In this document: piece by piece, positions 36,595 through 50,174 of the stretch | Numbering within the stretch: position 1 is the stretch's first letter | Layout of the letters: each line of letters begins with the position of its first letter | From: Peribolospora baueri | Lineage: Eukaryota | DNA: 64,000 nucleotides | Assembly: GCA_029717555.1 (NCBI GenBank) | Contig: JAMDHS010000047.1 | Location: 1 to 64,000 of the forward strand | Direction: 5' to 3' | Notes under the pieces: generated by a model | What the model saw: the letters and a program-made list of their open reading frames with translations, nothing else | Told to the model about the DNA's origin: nothing | Database searches by the model: none | Translations under genes and position numbers: made by a program

Positions 36595-38343
36595 TCAGGG
36601 CCCGGCGGGCGAGACGCGGAGCATTTCCTCGAAACCGTGGGCGATAGACTGCTTTGCCTAGGCAGGGCATGGGCGAGAAAGGAGTCGGTCAGGTTCGACC
36701 GCCCGTCTCCAATCTTCATGAACAGTTTCTTTAAAGAAAGCTTTCTCTGACGGCCCGCTGTAGCAAGCGGCCGAGCCGCTCACCTTGGGACTGATCGCGC
36801 CTTCGTCAGCGAAGTAGGCCAACAACAACTCTTTGCCCACCCATCCCTCCCATCCAGGAGCCTCGCCCTCGACGGTGCCCAGCTCCTTGCCCTCGTACTC
36901 AATCGTCAGCTTGGGTTTCGATGGCTCTTGCGGGTTGGACGCGCTGGACGAGAAAGCGCCGAGGAGGGCCGTGGTGGCGGAACGGGAGGGTGAAGGAGAT
37001 GGAGAAGGACGAAGGACAAGAACGAAAGCTTTGCCTTTCGGCACGGCACCCTTGGGGAAGATGGACTTGAGCGACTGGAGGGCTGGGCCGAGGGCCTGCG
37101 AGGGAGGATCAAGAAGAGTTTGCATCCCAGGCGAATCGAAAACAAACGGAAGAAAGGATGGGGGTGATTCGACAGATGCATGAAGATTATGGCTCACCTC
37201 TTCGCCCTTCTCGTCCAGCTCTCCCTTCGCTTTGGCCTTCTTGATGCGCCCCTGCACCGCTCGCATCCACCCGTCTCGGAGGTGTTGCCAGTCGGTACTG
37301 CGCACGGGCACTGACCGTCGGCGGAAGAAAAGGGAAGACGGACCAGCGCATCAGTTAGTTCAATCGGTCGGTCACTCTGCAACTTATCGTAAGCTGTTCT
37401 GGCGACGCGGACGCACCGATCCGCATTGCCATCGGCACCCCAGCGTCTATGAGCCTCTTGATCAGTGCTTCGCCTCTATCATCATCGGAAGTCGGTCGGT
37501 CGCCCGCTTTCCCGTCAGAAGAAGGGTAAGAGAGCAGCCGCGTGGCATCGTAGTTCTGTCCACCCGACAGCAAAGAGACTGCCCGTCAACAGGATTTCTA
37601 CGAAAGGATGACAACGGTCAGCGCTTCTCCGAAGCTCTCCGAAGCTCACCCGCCATCCTTCCAGGCACTTGACTCTCTCTTTAAACTTGTTCTCGTCGAC
37701 GTAGAAGCCGGCGACGTAGACGCGGACGGACAGGAAGGAAACCGTGCGTACGCCGAGGCCAACGAGGGTGAGAGGGCCGGAGAAAGCCGAGGAGGAAGAG
37801 AGTCGAAGGACGGAAGGGAATGGAAGGAGAGTGGTCGGATCTGCATGAAAGAGGATGAGTGGAGCGGCGACGGATGAGACCGGGCGCTCAGTGAGACGGA
37901 GACGCTGCCAAGATGGGCGATGACGACGACGCACCGACCCTGACCGCCCCCGCCTCGACCTTGAGCTCGTCCTCGCCGGGCGGCCCCGGGGCAGGTGCGT
38001 CCGCATAGAGTCTAGGGATCCATCCTCCCGGAAATCCATACGGGCCCCCAACGCCGATGCTGCAGCCTCCGTTCTGAGCGCTCGCCCACCCGGCGGAAAC
38101 GAGCACCGCCGCCCCCGCCGCTACGGCCACGGCGAGCCGTCTCCGGCCACCGTTGCCTCCCGCGCCCGATCCTGGGTTAGGACCGACACCTCTTGGGAGA
38201 GGTGGTCGGAAGTGGAGCGAGATGGGTCGGGAGATGTACTGGCCGCGCGCGCCCCCAGGGACACTGTTGGTTCGACGCAGGAAGCGGAGAGCAGCAGCAG
38301 CTGGACGGACTGTGGTCGGACGCACTGCTGTCATCGCCATCAT
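36595..38343 (-). CDS. Mitochondrial chalcone-isomerase-fold protein (Aim18/Aim46-like)
   Basis: Presequence plus hydrophobic segment; LVGLGVRTVSFLSVRVYVAGFY, PVRSTDWQHLRDGW, LLLAYF..ISPK; multi-exon. Confidence 0.82.
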
Positions 38344-39152
38344 GGTGGAGGATGGGGAGTGACGCTTAAAGTTGTCGACGGCCGTGGATGACAAGGAGAA
38401 GATCGAGTGGGACGCTGTTGAGACAAGAGCGGCTCAGCAGGTCGCCTTTCGTGATCGCTCTTTCCGCAACCGATCGCTTCCGGCGTCCCGGCCAAGACGC
38501 CGTACCGCACCCGTGTCGCAGGCCAATACGGCGACGACGTCAAACGTGGAGAGGCGTGACATTTTGTTCAGGAGCTATAAGGACAACAGATACGGGAGAT
38601 GATCACGACAACAGGGTGGGTCAGGACATTAACGTCCAACCAGAGGAGTCTCGAAAGCGTCCGGAAAAGAGAAGCGTGGAATAGAATGGTCAAGGGTCAC
38701 GTTGGTCGGTGGAAGAAGACCACCGAGAGGCTCGCGAAAGGAGGCGTCTCGTATGGAGAGGCAAAGGTTAGGAAGAAAAGTGAAGAGGAACAGGTACCCG
38801 TTCAGTGAACGATGGCTGGCCGATGGATGTTGGACGACACGCGTACCCGTGCTCAGGATGGCGGATGGGGTTGTCTGCCGTGTTGCTCGGGGAGAGAGGC
38901 CAGCGCAGGTTGCCGTAGCCGCTGCGTGGAGTCGAGATGCGCGGACGAGCAGCCCAACCAGCGAAAAAGGACCTGGTCGGGCCCGACCTGAGCTGAGCGA
39001 TGAGCGATTGGAATACAAGGGCTACGAAAGGAAAATGGCCCCGAAAGAAGAAACGGAAGAGAGGGGGGAGCAAATGATGCCGTGGGGAAGGAAGGGCAAA
39101 ATGGATAGTGCTATCATCCGTCTCCGACGGGCAAGCGCTTTCAGCAAACGCT

Positions 39153-42100
39153 TCACTTCTGCCCGCCCGATGCAGAACGACGCCGGGGGTCGTTGGCGAG
39201 CTTAGACGGTGGCAAGCCGAGGCGTCCACTATCGGCTTGCTGCTGGGCCCGCGCCTCCCACCGCTTGACCGCCGTGCCTACCACGCTGTCCTTCCAACCA
39301 GGACCTTCAGCGTAGGCATTCGGCGGGGGCGGCCGAAGATCCGCGCCCACGCTGGCCTGCACGTCGGCGTGAGAGGTGGACGGGTCGCTATCAGAGTTCG
39401 AGTTCGAGCAGCGCCCGCCGTTGGTGGTATGCGCAGAGGCGGACGAAACGCAAGGAGCAGGACCGGAGCCGTTGCCGGGGCGGGAAAAGTAAGCGGCCGC
39501 GCTAGAGTGGAATTCGGCGACCGTCGCAGTGGAAGGTGGGGTGGTCTGCTCGGTGGCTGCTCCCCACGGAAAGAAGGCGGGCCTAGAGGCCGGGGCCGAG
39601 CCGGGTTGAGAAGGAGGAGCTCGAGGACCGCTGGAGGCAGCAGCTGGAGGAATGGCTGTCTTTATTGGCAAAAGTGGGCCCCCGCGGCTATGGTTTTGAT
39701 GCTGCTCGTTCTCGGAGAGCGAGGGCGATTGCGTCTGTTGGTGCGAAGAGAAAGGCTGGACAGACTTAGAGCCGTCCATAGGAAGCACGGAGGACCAGCG
39801 CTTGTTAATAGGCCGAGGTTCCGGCTGCTGTGCCGCGGCGTCAGTCTGAGAAGCTTTGCATTGAGGCCGAGTTGGAGACTGAGCAGGGGGTGCACGGTGG
39901 GTCCTCCTCTGCCCTTCCCTCTCCTGCGCCTCGTCTCCAGTCGACAAACCCGGGCCCGATCCCGAGCCCGCTGCAGCCGCAGGAGCAGCCGGAGGCGAGA
40001 GGCTAAGCGCTCCGCCCAAGCTGATGGGGGGGAGCATGCCCCTGTCCTTCCTGAGCCTGTTCGCATCCCGACGGGGGCTAGCGAGCCAGTCGGTAACAAT
40101 GAGAGGCAAGGCGTACGCGGCTTCCCGAGCAAGGTGTATGAATTGGGCGAGTTCGAGGTGGAGGGGCATGTAGTAGGTCTGCGAAGACTTGCGCAAGGTC
40201 TACCCGCGGTGGATTCGGTAACGGCCGAGCGTTAAGGATTCAACGGTCGTTCACTGAGGTGATCGAACTAGGCCTCGGCTGGTATCGTGAATCCGAGACT
40301 CACCAGGATGATGCGTTCCATCCCGCTCGCCATGAGCTCCTTGTAGTACTCGTACGCCTCAGATCCCGGTTCCGCACGTCGCCCCGCCAGCTTGTCCCTA
40401 TAGGCGAGCGCCCTACCGAGCATGTTCATGAGGCGGAAATTGGAAGTCTGGATAGATTCCACGGCACCAAATGAAGACCGTCAGAGTTTTGTGATATCTC
40501 GTCCTAATTCGAAGGAGAGACGCAAGGTCGCAGCGTTGATAGAGAGAAAAGATGGACGCTCACCAGGTATCCCATGGCCTCGAACTCGACGCCGCCAGTC
40601 ATACCCCCAGGCACCTTGGGCCCGACGACCTCCTCCCTCTCCTCCTCTGACATGTCCTCCCACCTCCAAAACCTATTGTCACGATGGCAGAACACCCAGA
40701 AATAATCTCTGCACACACCGGCCACCTCCAGGAGGTAGTGCTTGAACGGCCTTGGAATGTGAGCGGAGGTGATGAAATCGTGGGCGGATTCGAGAGTAGG
40801 GTCCGGCGGGTTGAGGAGCAAGGAACGGACGAAGGAGGCGGCGTTGCGGTGGGCCGACAAGGAAGGGGCGCTGTCGCTCGACGGCAAAGACGAGGAATCG
40901 GGATAGAGGTCGAATATGGTTGCGAGAAGGTCGGTGATGAGCTTGCGTGTGGCCAGGTCTCCCGGCTTCTTTTCGCCCATGAGGAGGTCCATGAGCGGTT
41001 TAAAGGGCGCCGGGGAGGAGGAGCGCAGGGCCGCAAGGCCGGTCTGTCGCAGCGGAGTGAGCGGGATATGAGAGGATGGGTCAACATCGGGCAACTGTCG
41101 TGGGACGTGCGACGGAAACCAGAGTCCAGGTAGACCGCTCGCCTCACCTCAGTGGTAGGCAGCGCAACAAAGCACCTCAAAAGCTCGTGAAGGAGCTTAT
41201 CGTCGTGTTGCTCCTCCCGCCACTCTACGCCCAAGATCTCATTCAAGCGATCCAAAAGTCCTGCGTAGCCGCCGAAGCGGACAAAGTCGTCCAGCCAGCT
41301 GTATCGGGGATGAACGGGATCAAGATCGGTTATCAGCAAAGCTGGGCGCACCGACGTCCTCACGCCTGTCTTACTATCCCTGCAGGAAGCGACGAACGAA
41401 CAACGCGCATGTGGAGAAAAACAAGGAAAGCATCTACGCCGCGTCGACTCACCCGACGCTCTCGTTCCTCAAAAGCACTCTCAGCTTTTTCACGGGCCCC
41501 AGGTCCATCTGCACGCTTTTGCCAGTCTTGAGGAAGAGGGCAAAGAAGGCAGGGTTCTGTTCTTCCTTCTTCATCCCCGAACCTCCGATGCCGCCGAGGA
41601 GCAATTTGCCGCCGGCTCCAGAGCCAGTGCCATCGCCGCTCGTCGCTCGAGATTCACGCCCGTTGAGAGGGAGGAGCAGGCCCCTTCCGACGGAGGCGGA
41701 GCGAGGCCGACGCTTGCCCTGCTGCTTCTCCTCGTGCTTTTGATGATGGCAGTGTGCTGCGGCTTGGAGGGCGGCTTGGAGGGCGTCTTCTCCGGCGGCG
41801 GGACCGAACGTGGTGTTGCTCAACAAGGACGCGGTGGACATGCCGCGAGGGTCTGGAGAAGCGGGCGTTGGGGGGAGCGGACCATCGTTGACAACGGCGG
41901 TGGTAGATTGAACGCTCGTGGAGCGAGATCCTGGACCCGACCCTATCGGTCGTCGCCGCGAGCCTTCCGGTTCGCCGAAGAGGCTTGCCCGGTTGGGCGG
42001 CGGCGGGAGCTCTTGATCGGTCGTACTCTTTGTATTCTTCTCGTCCGTTCCCGCTTGGCCATAGTCCAAACCGCTGTCTCGCGCCCCAACCCCGACGCCC

Positions 42101-43250
42101 TGGCCTGCCAGGAACGCCCTCAGCTTCGCCTCGTCTTGTTCGGTGTCCTCGTCCGAGTCTCCCTCGTCGCCATATTCTTCCGGGTTGAGTCCATTGAGAA
42201 CGATGTGGCCGCTGCTCTTAGATTTCCTTAAGAGCGGACCCGGGATGGAGCGCCGCTTGCGAGGCGATGCCTTGTTGTTGGGGTCAGCGTTAATGCCTTT
42301 GGTGGATGGGTGGAAAAAGGAGGCGGCGTTGGGTGCGCGGTTGTTCATCGCGCCCCGAAGCATCGCTTCTTTGACGGGCCGCTTGAGTGTCGAGAGCTTT
42401 ACGCGAAGCGCCGGGGGCACTTGCATCTCGTTCTGGCGAGTGGGAGGCGCAAGTGGAAAGGTCATGAAAGGGTTTTGGAGACAGTCCAAGATGTTTCGGA
42501 TGCTTGTATCATGAAACGGAAACTTACCATCAGGTCTTCAAACCTTTCGTTCACGTCCCGCACTTCATCTCGGCGCTTCTCCTCCTCCCTGGCGCCATTA
42601 GCGCCTGTACCAGTGCTCCGGGCGTAGCCCGAAGACTGCGCCCTCTGGTGCGTTGGCCGAGAGCTTGTCGTAGTTGTCTTGTCGCTCTTACCAGAGCCGG
42701 GAGCATCGACAGAAGCGTGGCCGTGCGTAGCATGATGAGCACAGATCGGCAGGGGTGCCATGTTATCACCATCGGTTTCATTTGAGTGTGACGAAGAAAA
42801 CGGGACACTGGAAAGGATGAACGCCGACTTTGGGCGCGGGCGGCGGTTCTCCTTCTCCTTTTCCTTCTCCTCCCCGTTCACCAGCTGCCAATCATCTAAA
42901 GCGCCCTGCGGCTCCCGTTTCTGAGGTTGCTGGGATCCAGGAGGACGACGACCGGAAGGCCTCATGCGCGAAGCCTTGATCTTGGGCCCCTCATCGTCCT
43001 TCGCTTCCAAAGCCCCCAACCTGGCTGCCACAAGAGCAGTGCCGGCGCTGACGCTGCGTTTGTGGCTCGCGGGGTCGACCTTGGCGTGAGAGCGACCGCG
43101 CTGAGCTTCGGCTTTGGCCTGTTCGCGAAGACGACGGAGCTCGTCGGCAGACGGGCCTTGAAAGCCGGAGCGGTGGATGGGAGGGCTGATGGGGGAGCTG
43201 ATCTGCGCCTTGGTGGGCGAGGAAGGCGCGCGCGTGAACAAGGCGTGCAT
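39153..43250 (-). CDS. Formin GTPase-binding-domain (Drf_GBD) protein, Rid1-like
   Basis: VKKLRVLLRNES|WLDDFVRFGGY..EWREEQHDDKLLHELLRCF, RDYFWVFCH, PKVPGGMTGGVEFEAMGYL, LRKSSQTYY..LHLEL. No FH1/FH2 seen. Confidence 0.7.
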
Positions 43251-44313
43251 GGCGGTTCTTCCAGCAGAGGTGCTCGCTACGTGTTGGTCTGCGTCGAGTC
43301 GTTCCAAAGGCGGCCGCCCATATCTATTCGACGTCGCATCTCTCGTTGACCTGCCATCTATCCAAACACCGCACCCCGTGCCGCAGCAGCCTCTCACTCT
43401 CCCTGGCGCGTCGAGCCGCGTCGCCAGCGCCTCATCAGCTGATAACCCTACAGTCGGACCTCGTTGCTCGCCGCAGCCAACCCACTTCGTCCATAATAGA
43501 ACAGGCCGGCGCACTAGGACACAAACTCCTCTTCCTGATAAACCAAGGGACGTATTCAGGTGGTCACCACTGAGAATAAAAATATGGCAGGCGAGGATCC
43601 ATGGCGAGACCATGTCTTTCGCTCGATCACAACCACTTACATCTGCGGCCATAGGACCATGAAAGCACTGCATCCCGTCCGATCTGCAAAGTTAAGCATG
43701 GTACCGTTGAGTCAGTACTGCGGTGGGGGACCACGCGGGAATCCTCAATGCTGCAGTTTCTTATTTCTTTTTTTATCCTTTTTACTTGGCTCATTCATCT
43801 ACCAGTAACAGGAGGAGCCACAGGGAAACGGACCAGGAACATGCAAGCGCGGTGCCAGTCTCGTCTGTGGGGCTGCTGAGAATCTACGGGGGCATAGATA
43901 GCACTTGGAACACCGAACTAGACATCGTACAACACGGTGAGGTGAACGACGACACGCCGGCATGGAAGGCGGGCGATCGAGATCTTGCTGACATGTCGTT
44001 GACCTCGCGTGAGCATGACGGTGACGGCAACATCGGGAAATTCGCTCATTCCCTCTCCCAGCCCCTACGGCAAGCTGTAGATTGGCGGCGGGGTAAGTAC
44101 AGACGGAGGGAACCATAAAACGGGCGGGCGCACAGAAGGGAAGGGGTATACCAAAAACAGGCGGAAAAAAAGCGAACCGGAGACGTCGTCCTTCGTCCGC
44201 AGAGCGTCGATCGAATTGGGCATGAAAGGGGTAGATAAGGAGAAGAAAAAAAAAAGAAAAAAAAAAAAAAGAAAAAACCTTGGATGGTAGTGCACGGAAG
44301 ACGACCGTGAAGC

Positions 44314-46225
44314 TCAGCAGTGCGTCCGGGCCTTGAAAAGGAACTTCATGGTCCCGTTGACGTCGTAGATGCCATATCTGGCCGCGCGAGGAAGAGGGAG
44401 CGGAAGGAGAGAGAAGACCACCGTCAGCGTTGATCCACTCGCCCTAGTCCGAGCACGGAAAAGAGCATACGTCGCCCCGACAAAACGGAACTCAGCGAAT
44501 TTGCCATCCACCCTACTCACCCCGGCTCCATGCTGTCCGAGTAGATGTGAGCGAACCAGCCGACGCCACCGGTGCCGGGGAGGACGGACTTGAAGTACGG
44601 GCAATGCTTGTCAAGGAGCCTGTAGTACGCCTTGGAGAGGTGGGGAAGAAAGGAAAAGGAAGGAGTGAGCATGACCGGGTTAGGCGACGCGAAGCTAGGT
44701 TATGGTCCGTCCGTCCGGCTCACCGCTTCGTTCTTCACGTCCGCCACAGCGTAGATGCTGTTGTTCTGCACAGATGGGGACGTGACTGAGGGCCAACCGT
44801 TCTTCACGGGGCCGGAGTGGACGGGTGAGAAAAAAAACGCGAAGTGAGAAGGGAGAGCCGAGCCGAATCGCACTCGCATCGCAGCGGGCAAGCAGCGTGC
44901 GAACGGATGAGACGACGTCCATCGCGCTCACTTCGTCAAGGTACATCTTCTTGCCGTTCCCGTGGTCGATGAAAAAGGCCAGGTTCTTATCGACGACGAT
45001 GGGCCAGGCCTTGTCCGCTGAGGAACCGGACCGTGCGAGTGGGAAGAAACGGAAAAGCGATCAGTAGCCGTCGGATGAGGGGCCTCCCCTCCCGGCCGCC
45101 CATTACGACTCAACCGGTGGAAGCGTCCTGATCGAAGAAGGGCAACATGTGGATGTTGATCCAGTCGATCGCGTCCAAGACGTCCTGGGCACCTCCCCTC
45201 TCCTCGTACCCGTACGCCAGTTCGCTGACGGTGACCCGGATCCCAAGGTCGCTCAGATTGGCCTTGGCGGCGTACACCTGCTGGGCGAGCTGCTGGTGGG
45301 GGAGGACGTTGTCGAAGAGGGGCTCGGAGCCGAACTGGACTACCCGCACTACGAACTGGGCCATGGGGTTGGTGTGGAGGGTGTGGAAGAGCGAGTCGCG
45401 GCGAGTGATCCAGATGTCTGAGCCGTCGAAGCCAAACTGCCGGGGGGGCGCAGACGGGAGGCGGAGCGCACGGAGAAAGAAGGGGTAAAAAAGGAGGTTT
45501 GCGGCGAAATTCGAAAGCGGAGCGACGACGGCACGAGCCTCGGCGGAAGGAAGGACCCACCCAGACGAGAGCGTGCACGCCCAAGCCGTTGTTCCAAGCG
45601 GCCTGGATGAGATTGTCCCTGCGAGAGGCGGGCAAAGCGAGGCAAGGTGCAGGCGCGGGTAAGTCGAGCGTCAAGGAGGAAACCGGAGGGAGCGGAGGGT
45701 ATGCAGTGACGCACATGAATCCCTCGTCATCGCAGGCGCCATAGAGCCTAACGTATCTCGAGTCGAAGTGGTAGCGAATGTCGGCAAAGTCAGCGTTGAG
45801 CTTTTCGGGGGATTGGCCTGCCGATCGTGGAGGGGGAGAGGCCAAAGGTGAGAGGGATGAATCGAGAGCGTTCGTCTACCTGCTGCCAGGGAAAGCCGCT
45901 CACAGGCGGAGACCTCGTAACTGAAGCCAAGGAACGCGTACTCGTCGCGGTCATCGCACCACCACCCGTCCAACGTCTCGGGGGGAGCCAAAGGCATGCT
46001 GAAGGAGAGAGCAGGGAAACAGGATGGGTAGACGGCCCCGTTCATGTCCACTCGGCTGTCCGCCGATGAGGCGTTCGCCGCTCGAGGAACAGCGATAGCG
46101 GGCACAGCTGGAGGATCGGGAAGGCGCGCAGGACTGGGTCGAGCGCAAGCCGGCAGAGCGCCGAGAAGGAGGGAGAGCGCGACGAGGCATGTGAGCGGAA
46201 GCGACAACAAGAGTCGGCGAACCAT
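44314..46225 (-). CDS. Secreted glycoside hydrolase, GH17-like (beta-1,3-glucan active)
   Basis: Signal peptide MVRRLLLSLPL, WWCD..EYAFLGFSYEV, YVRLYGACD, QFGSEPLFD, INIHMLPFF, YLDE|NGWPS; many introns. Confidence 0.75.
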
Positions 46226-46781
46226 GGTCACGAGCGAGCTAAAAGGGAAAGTGAGAAAAGGTAGAGAAGCGGCGGCGTGTGCAAGGGAGGTGGACAAGGC
46301 AGGACGAAGTGAGTGAGGGTCGTACGGGACGAAGGAAGGGATGGTCGGAGAGGGTCCAAGGCAAAAGACGGTCAACGCCGTCTACGCCGTCGGCCTATTC
46401 AACTCTTCTCCTTGTCCCAGGCGGGGATGGAAGAGGGACATGCTAATTGCTAGCAAGGAATCCTCCCTCCGGTCATGCCGTCCCCGTCGTTTCCACAGGG
46501 TATTAGCGGCGTGCAGGCAGGCACGCCGTCGTGTGCCTGCCCCCTCGGCCGCGCTCGTGACTTGTCGTCTGCGAACGGGCCAACCGGCGACGCAGCCCAG
46601 CGTCGATTGTAGGCGATGTGCCGTCGTAGACAAAGCAAAACGACACCGACAACGACTGCACGGGCGTGAGCTTGACGGAGGGCAGGCCGGCGGAGCCAGA
46701 GTCGCGGAGGGGCCCCACCTCGATCGGCCGTGTCATCGCTCCGGAAAAAAAAGATAAAATAAGAAACTAAAAAGCAAAAAA

Positions 46782-46878
46782 CGACGCCTGCAGGATTCGA
46801 ACCTGCGCCCACATAGTGGACGACCTCGCAACTTTGCAGTATAGCAGGGCCGCGCGTTAACCACTCCGCCAAAGCGTC
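46782..46878 (-). tRNA. tRNA-Ser(GCT) with 15-nt intron
   Basis: Acceptor stem GACGCTT/AGGCGTC, D-arm TGGCGGAGTGGTTAACGC, anticodon stem CGGCC/GGTCG with loop CT-GCT-A^A, intron TACTGCAAAGTTGCG, long variable arm, GGTTCGAATCC, and a downstream T6 Pol III terminator. Confidence 0.95.
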
Positions 46879-47328
46879 CTTGGTTAAAGCTTCTTTTGCT
46901 TCATCGTACTTAAACCCGCTTTACATTAACAGTTTGCCGTTGATGGCGTCGGAGGAGACTGACTTGGGTCAGGGCGGTGCACGGCGCCTATCGGAACAGA
47001 GCCAATGTGCGACCATGCTGTTTGTGCAGCACACTGCACGCCAAGCTCTACGCTACTGGCCGCTGCACAACGCCCACCATTCCATCCTTCATGCGGTCGA
47101 CCTGCGAGCAGACCGTTCGCTTAGACGACGAGGACGGGTCGTGGGCTAGCCAGCCGAACCGGCGGTGGCGCACGGTCGGCTGACGCAAACTGGACGAACA
47201 GGGACCCAAATGCCACTCACTGGTCGAGTCGAGCCCTCCAAAGGCCAGCTTAATAAGAGGCCAGGAGCCAGCCCAGGCCGTCGACCGCCCCCACTCTTCT
47301 CCTTCTCCACCTCGTTCCTCACCCGAGC

Positions 47329-48605
47329 ATGGCGACCAAACAGAGAAGACCCGGCCAGGCCGATATCAAGCTCATTGGCGCTACGTTGTGAGCTGTCCAT
47401 TCTTTCGGGGGCCGTGCGACCCCATAAGCAGGCCAGGACCCAACGCTCCCCGTCTTTCTTCTCCCCTCCCATAGGCCTCGCACGGGCACGCTGTCGATGA
47501 AGACGGCCCTCGAGAGGCTCGGTTTGCCCACCCACCACATGTGAGAGCTCTATTCCACAGTCCCTTTATCCTTGTTTGTTTTTCCCACTCCCTGCCGCTT
47601 GCTTCAACCTGACCCTCAACCTCACCGCATGACATGACGCCCCACGCCTACGGGCCCCACCTCCTCAGGATCGATGTCCTGCAGCACCCGGAAACAATCG
47701 ACGTCTGGCGTAAGGCGCAGCGGCAAGGCCTCTCGTCGGAGGAGTGGGACGAGCTGCTCAAGGGTTACAAGGCGATCGTCGATGCGCCCGGCGTGAGTCG
47801 CGGCGGTCGCGTTTTGCAGAGGAGAGATGTATATGTTTGACCCCGGTCTCCACCCGTTTCGCCTCCCTCGGTCCCCTCACCTTCTCTCGCGCGCGCGTAG
47901 TGCGTCTTTGTCAAGCAGCTAGCGGACGTATACCCGGACGCCAAGGTCCTCGTGACCACCAGGGATCCGGACGCATGGTGCAGGAGCACGTACAACGTGA
48001 GCATCGCGTCGTCGCCTTCCTTCTACAGACCTTGCCCGACCGCGCGCCATCATCCTTGGGAAGGAAAGCTGAATTAGCCCGCTCGCACCGCACCGGCCGC
48101 CCAGACGGTCCTTGCCCCCCGAGAGAACCAAGGCTCCAATTGGCTGGATCAGTGGCTGCTCATGAACTTTAGTCCCCTCTGGTCCAAATTCATCCCATGG
48201 ACCAAAGAGGTCATTTTCGGCCCAACTGGATATACCAAGGGCGAGAAGCTAGTCCCCGAGCACTTGCCCCGGTACGTGGAGGACATGCTGGCCTTTTTTG
48301 AGAAGAGGGGAGAGTCGGATCGCGTGCTGGTGTACGTTCTCGAAGAGGGCAAGGGATGGGACGCCATCTGTCCTTTCCTCGGCGTGCCGCGGCCGCCGGC
48401 GGATGTGCCATGGCCCCACGTGAACGCGACGGCTCCGGCCGCGCCTAACGTGAGCAAATTCGGAGACACACTCAAAGACGGCGGCGTCTCATCGCCGAAA
48501 GAGGAGGTGGCCAGGCTGAAGCGCAATTTTGCGCTCATCCTCGGCGTTGGCGTCGTTGCCCTATCCGTGGCCGCTAGGTTCGCGCTGGTCGCCCGCAAGG
48601 GTTGA
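47329..48605 (+). CDS. P-loop sulfotransferase-like protein (Sulfotransfer_4 family) with C-terminal TM helix
   Basis: KLIGATLPRTGTLSMKTALERLG.PTHHM, IVDAPG, YPDAKVLVTTRDPDAW, GWDAICPFLGVP..PWPHVN, hydrophobic tail. Confidence 0.8.
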
Positions 48606-48857
48606 GGGGAGAGCGGACAGTCGACTGCGCGAAATATCTTTTCGATCACGTCACGAATGAATGCAAGACGGAGCTGGCATGTCTTCTCACCTGTTCATTG
48701 CACTTTGGCTCTTGCCTTCTTTCTTCGTCTGTGCTCGTTCCCCGTATAGTCTTTTCTCTCCCTTTTCGTGTATACTCTCGCCGGCCGAGGTCTCGGTCGT
48801 CAAACGCGTCAAGGTTCGTGGGTGGGGGAAATCGTAGCTACGAACCGTCATCGGTCC

Positions 48858-49651
48858 TCATCGCGCCCCGACCCCCGATTTCGCGCCCGAGCACCTCGCC
48901 GAGCCTCTTCTCCAACAACAGCACCACCTTGGATCCTTCGGGAGTGAGCGACGAACCGGGCTGGAAGAGATGCGGCGGGAGGTCGAGAGAGAGGAAGAGC
49001 TGAGAGATGGATAATCGACGGCCTGTGTGCGCGCGCGGGCGGCCGAAGTGGACGGGAGGGAATGGAATAGGGAGAGATAGAAGGACATGTTAGCGCCAAC
49101 CAAACGTATGCAAGAGAGAGAGAGAGACAGAGAACTCACAGAGACGCTGAGACATGGGCAGCGCGACGTCCGCTGGCGTTCGGAACAACGACGTGCCCGT
49201 TACGGCGGCGGCGGGCGTGGACGCGTCCTGGACAGACAGACGAATGGGGATGAGCAAGATAAAGGAAGGAGAAAAAGAGACGTCAGCGGACGGGGCTCGC
49301 ACAGGACTAGAAGCCGAGCCCACTCACGCCGACTCTCGGCCGGGCCACCATAGACACGGCCCATTCGTCAGCGAGGCGAGCGGAGATGGGAGCAGCGGCC
49401 TCCCGTCCGTCCGCCTCGTCTCCGCTCGCCTCCTCTTCTTCCTCGGACCGCAAAGCCTTTCGCCAATCCGACACGCCGGCCCACACCATCGCCCACCGCT
49501 TCGTCTCGGTCTCCGTCGTCGTCACGCTCACGTCGAACGCCGGTTGGGACGGGTCGTCGGACGGGACGTGGAACGCTCTGGTCACGAGCACGGGGTGCGG
49601 CCTAGCATCGTCGTCGTCGTCGTTGGACCGGGCCTGAACGGAAGCGGACAT
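48858..49651 (-). CDS. Proteasome assembly chaperone 4 (PAC4/PSMG4)-like
   Basis: AMVWAG..LADEWAVSM | TSLFRTPADVALPMSQRL | [23 protein letters not shown]. Confidence 0.6.
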
Positions 49652-50174
49652 CCTGCCTTGCCTTCTCCGCCTCAGGGATCAGGGACGTCGGGCGCGATAT
49701 CAAGGCCAACGTCGACGACGCAAAGATCGATTTCGATGCGAACGAGCCACGGCGATCGACGCGCACATGGCCCGCCGCAGCACTCAACGCCGGCGGACCC
49801 GCACCGCGCACTAGGAAAGAAATGGAAGGTGGAATATGAACCGCTCGACAATTATGTCGGGAACGAGTAGCGAACAGCACAGCACCAAACCCGGAACGAG
49901 AAGAATCGGAAATCGGAAAGGGGGGACACGGACTACGAACTGAGAGGTGGTGGAGACAGAGTGGGAGAGAGCCACTGACAAAGAGTCGGGACAGTCCGTC
50001 TTCTACGAGAACTAGGGCTACAGAGGCGCGCAGCTGAGCGAACGAGCGGGGCACCGCAAGGGAGGCGAGTGTGTGTGGGGGGGGGGGGGAGAGCGACAAG
50101 ACAGCGGTTGGTGGAAGCGCGAAAGGAAGCATCCGGAAGAGCCCTATGTACAGGACGGGGGACGAGAACCTCTT

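Noticed and set aside
43723..44118. 131-aa ORF between the Rid1-like and GH17-like genes
   Set aside because: No ATG start, no recognisable motif and no supporting exon structure.
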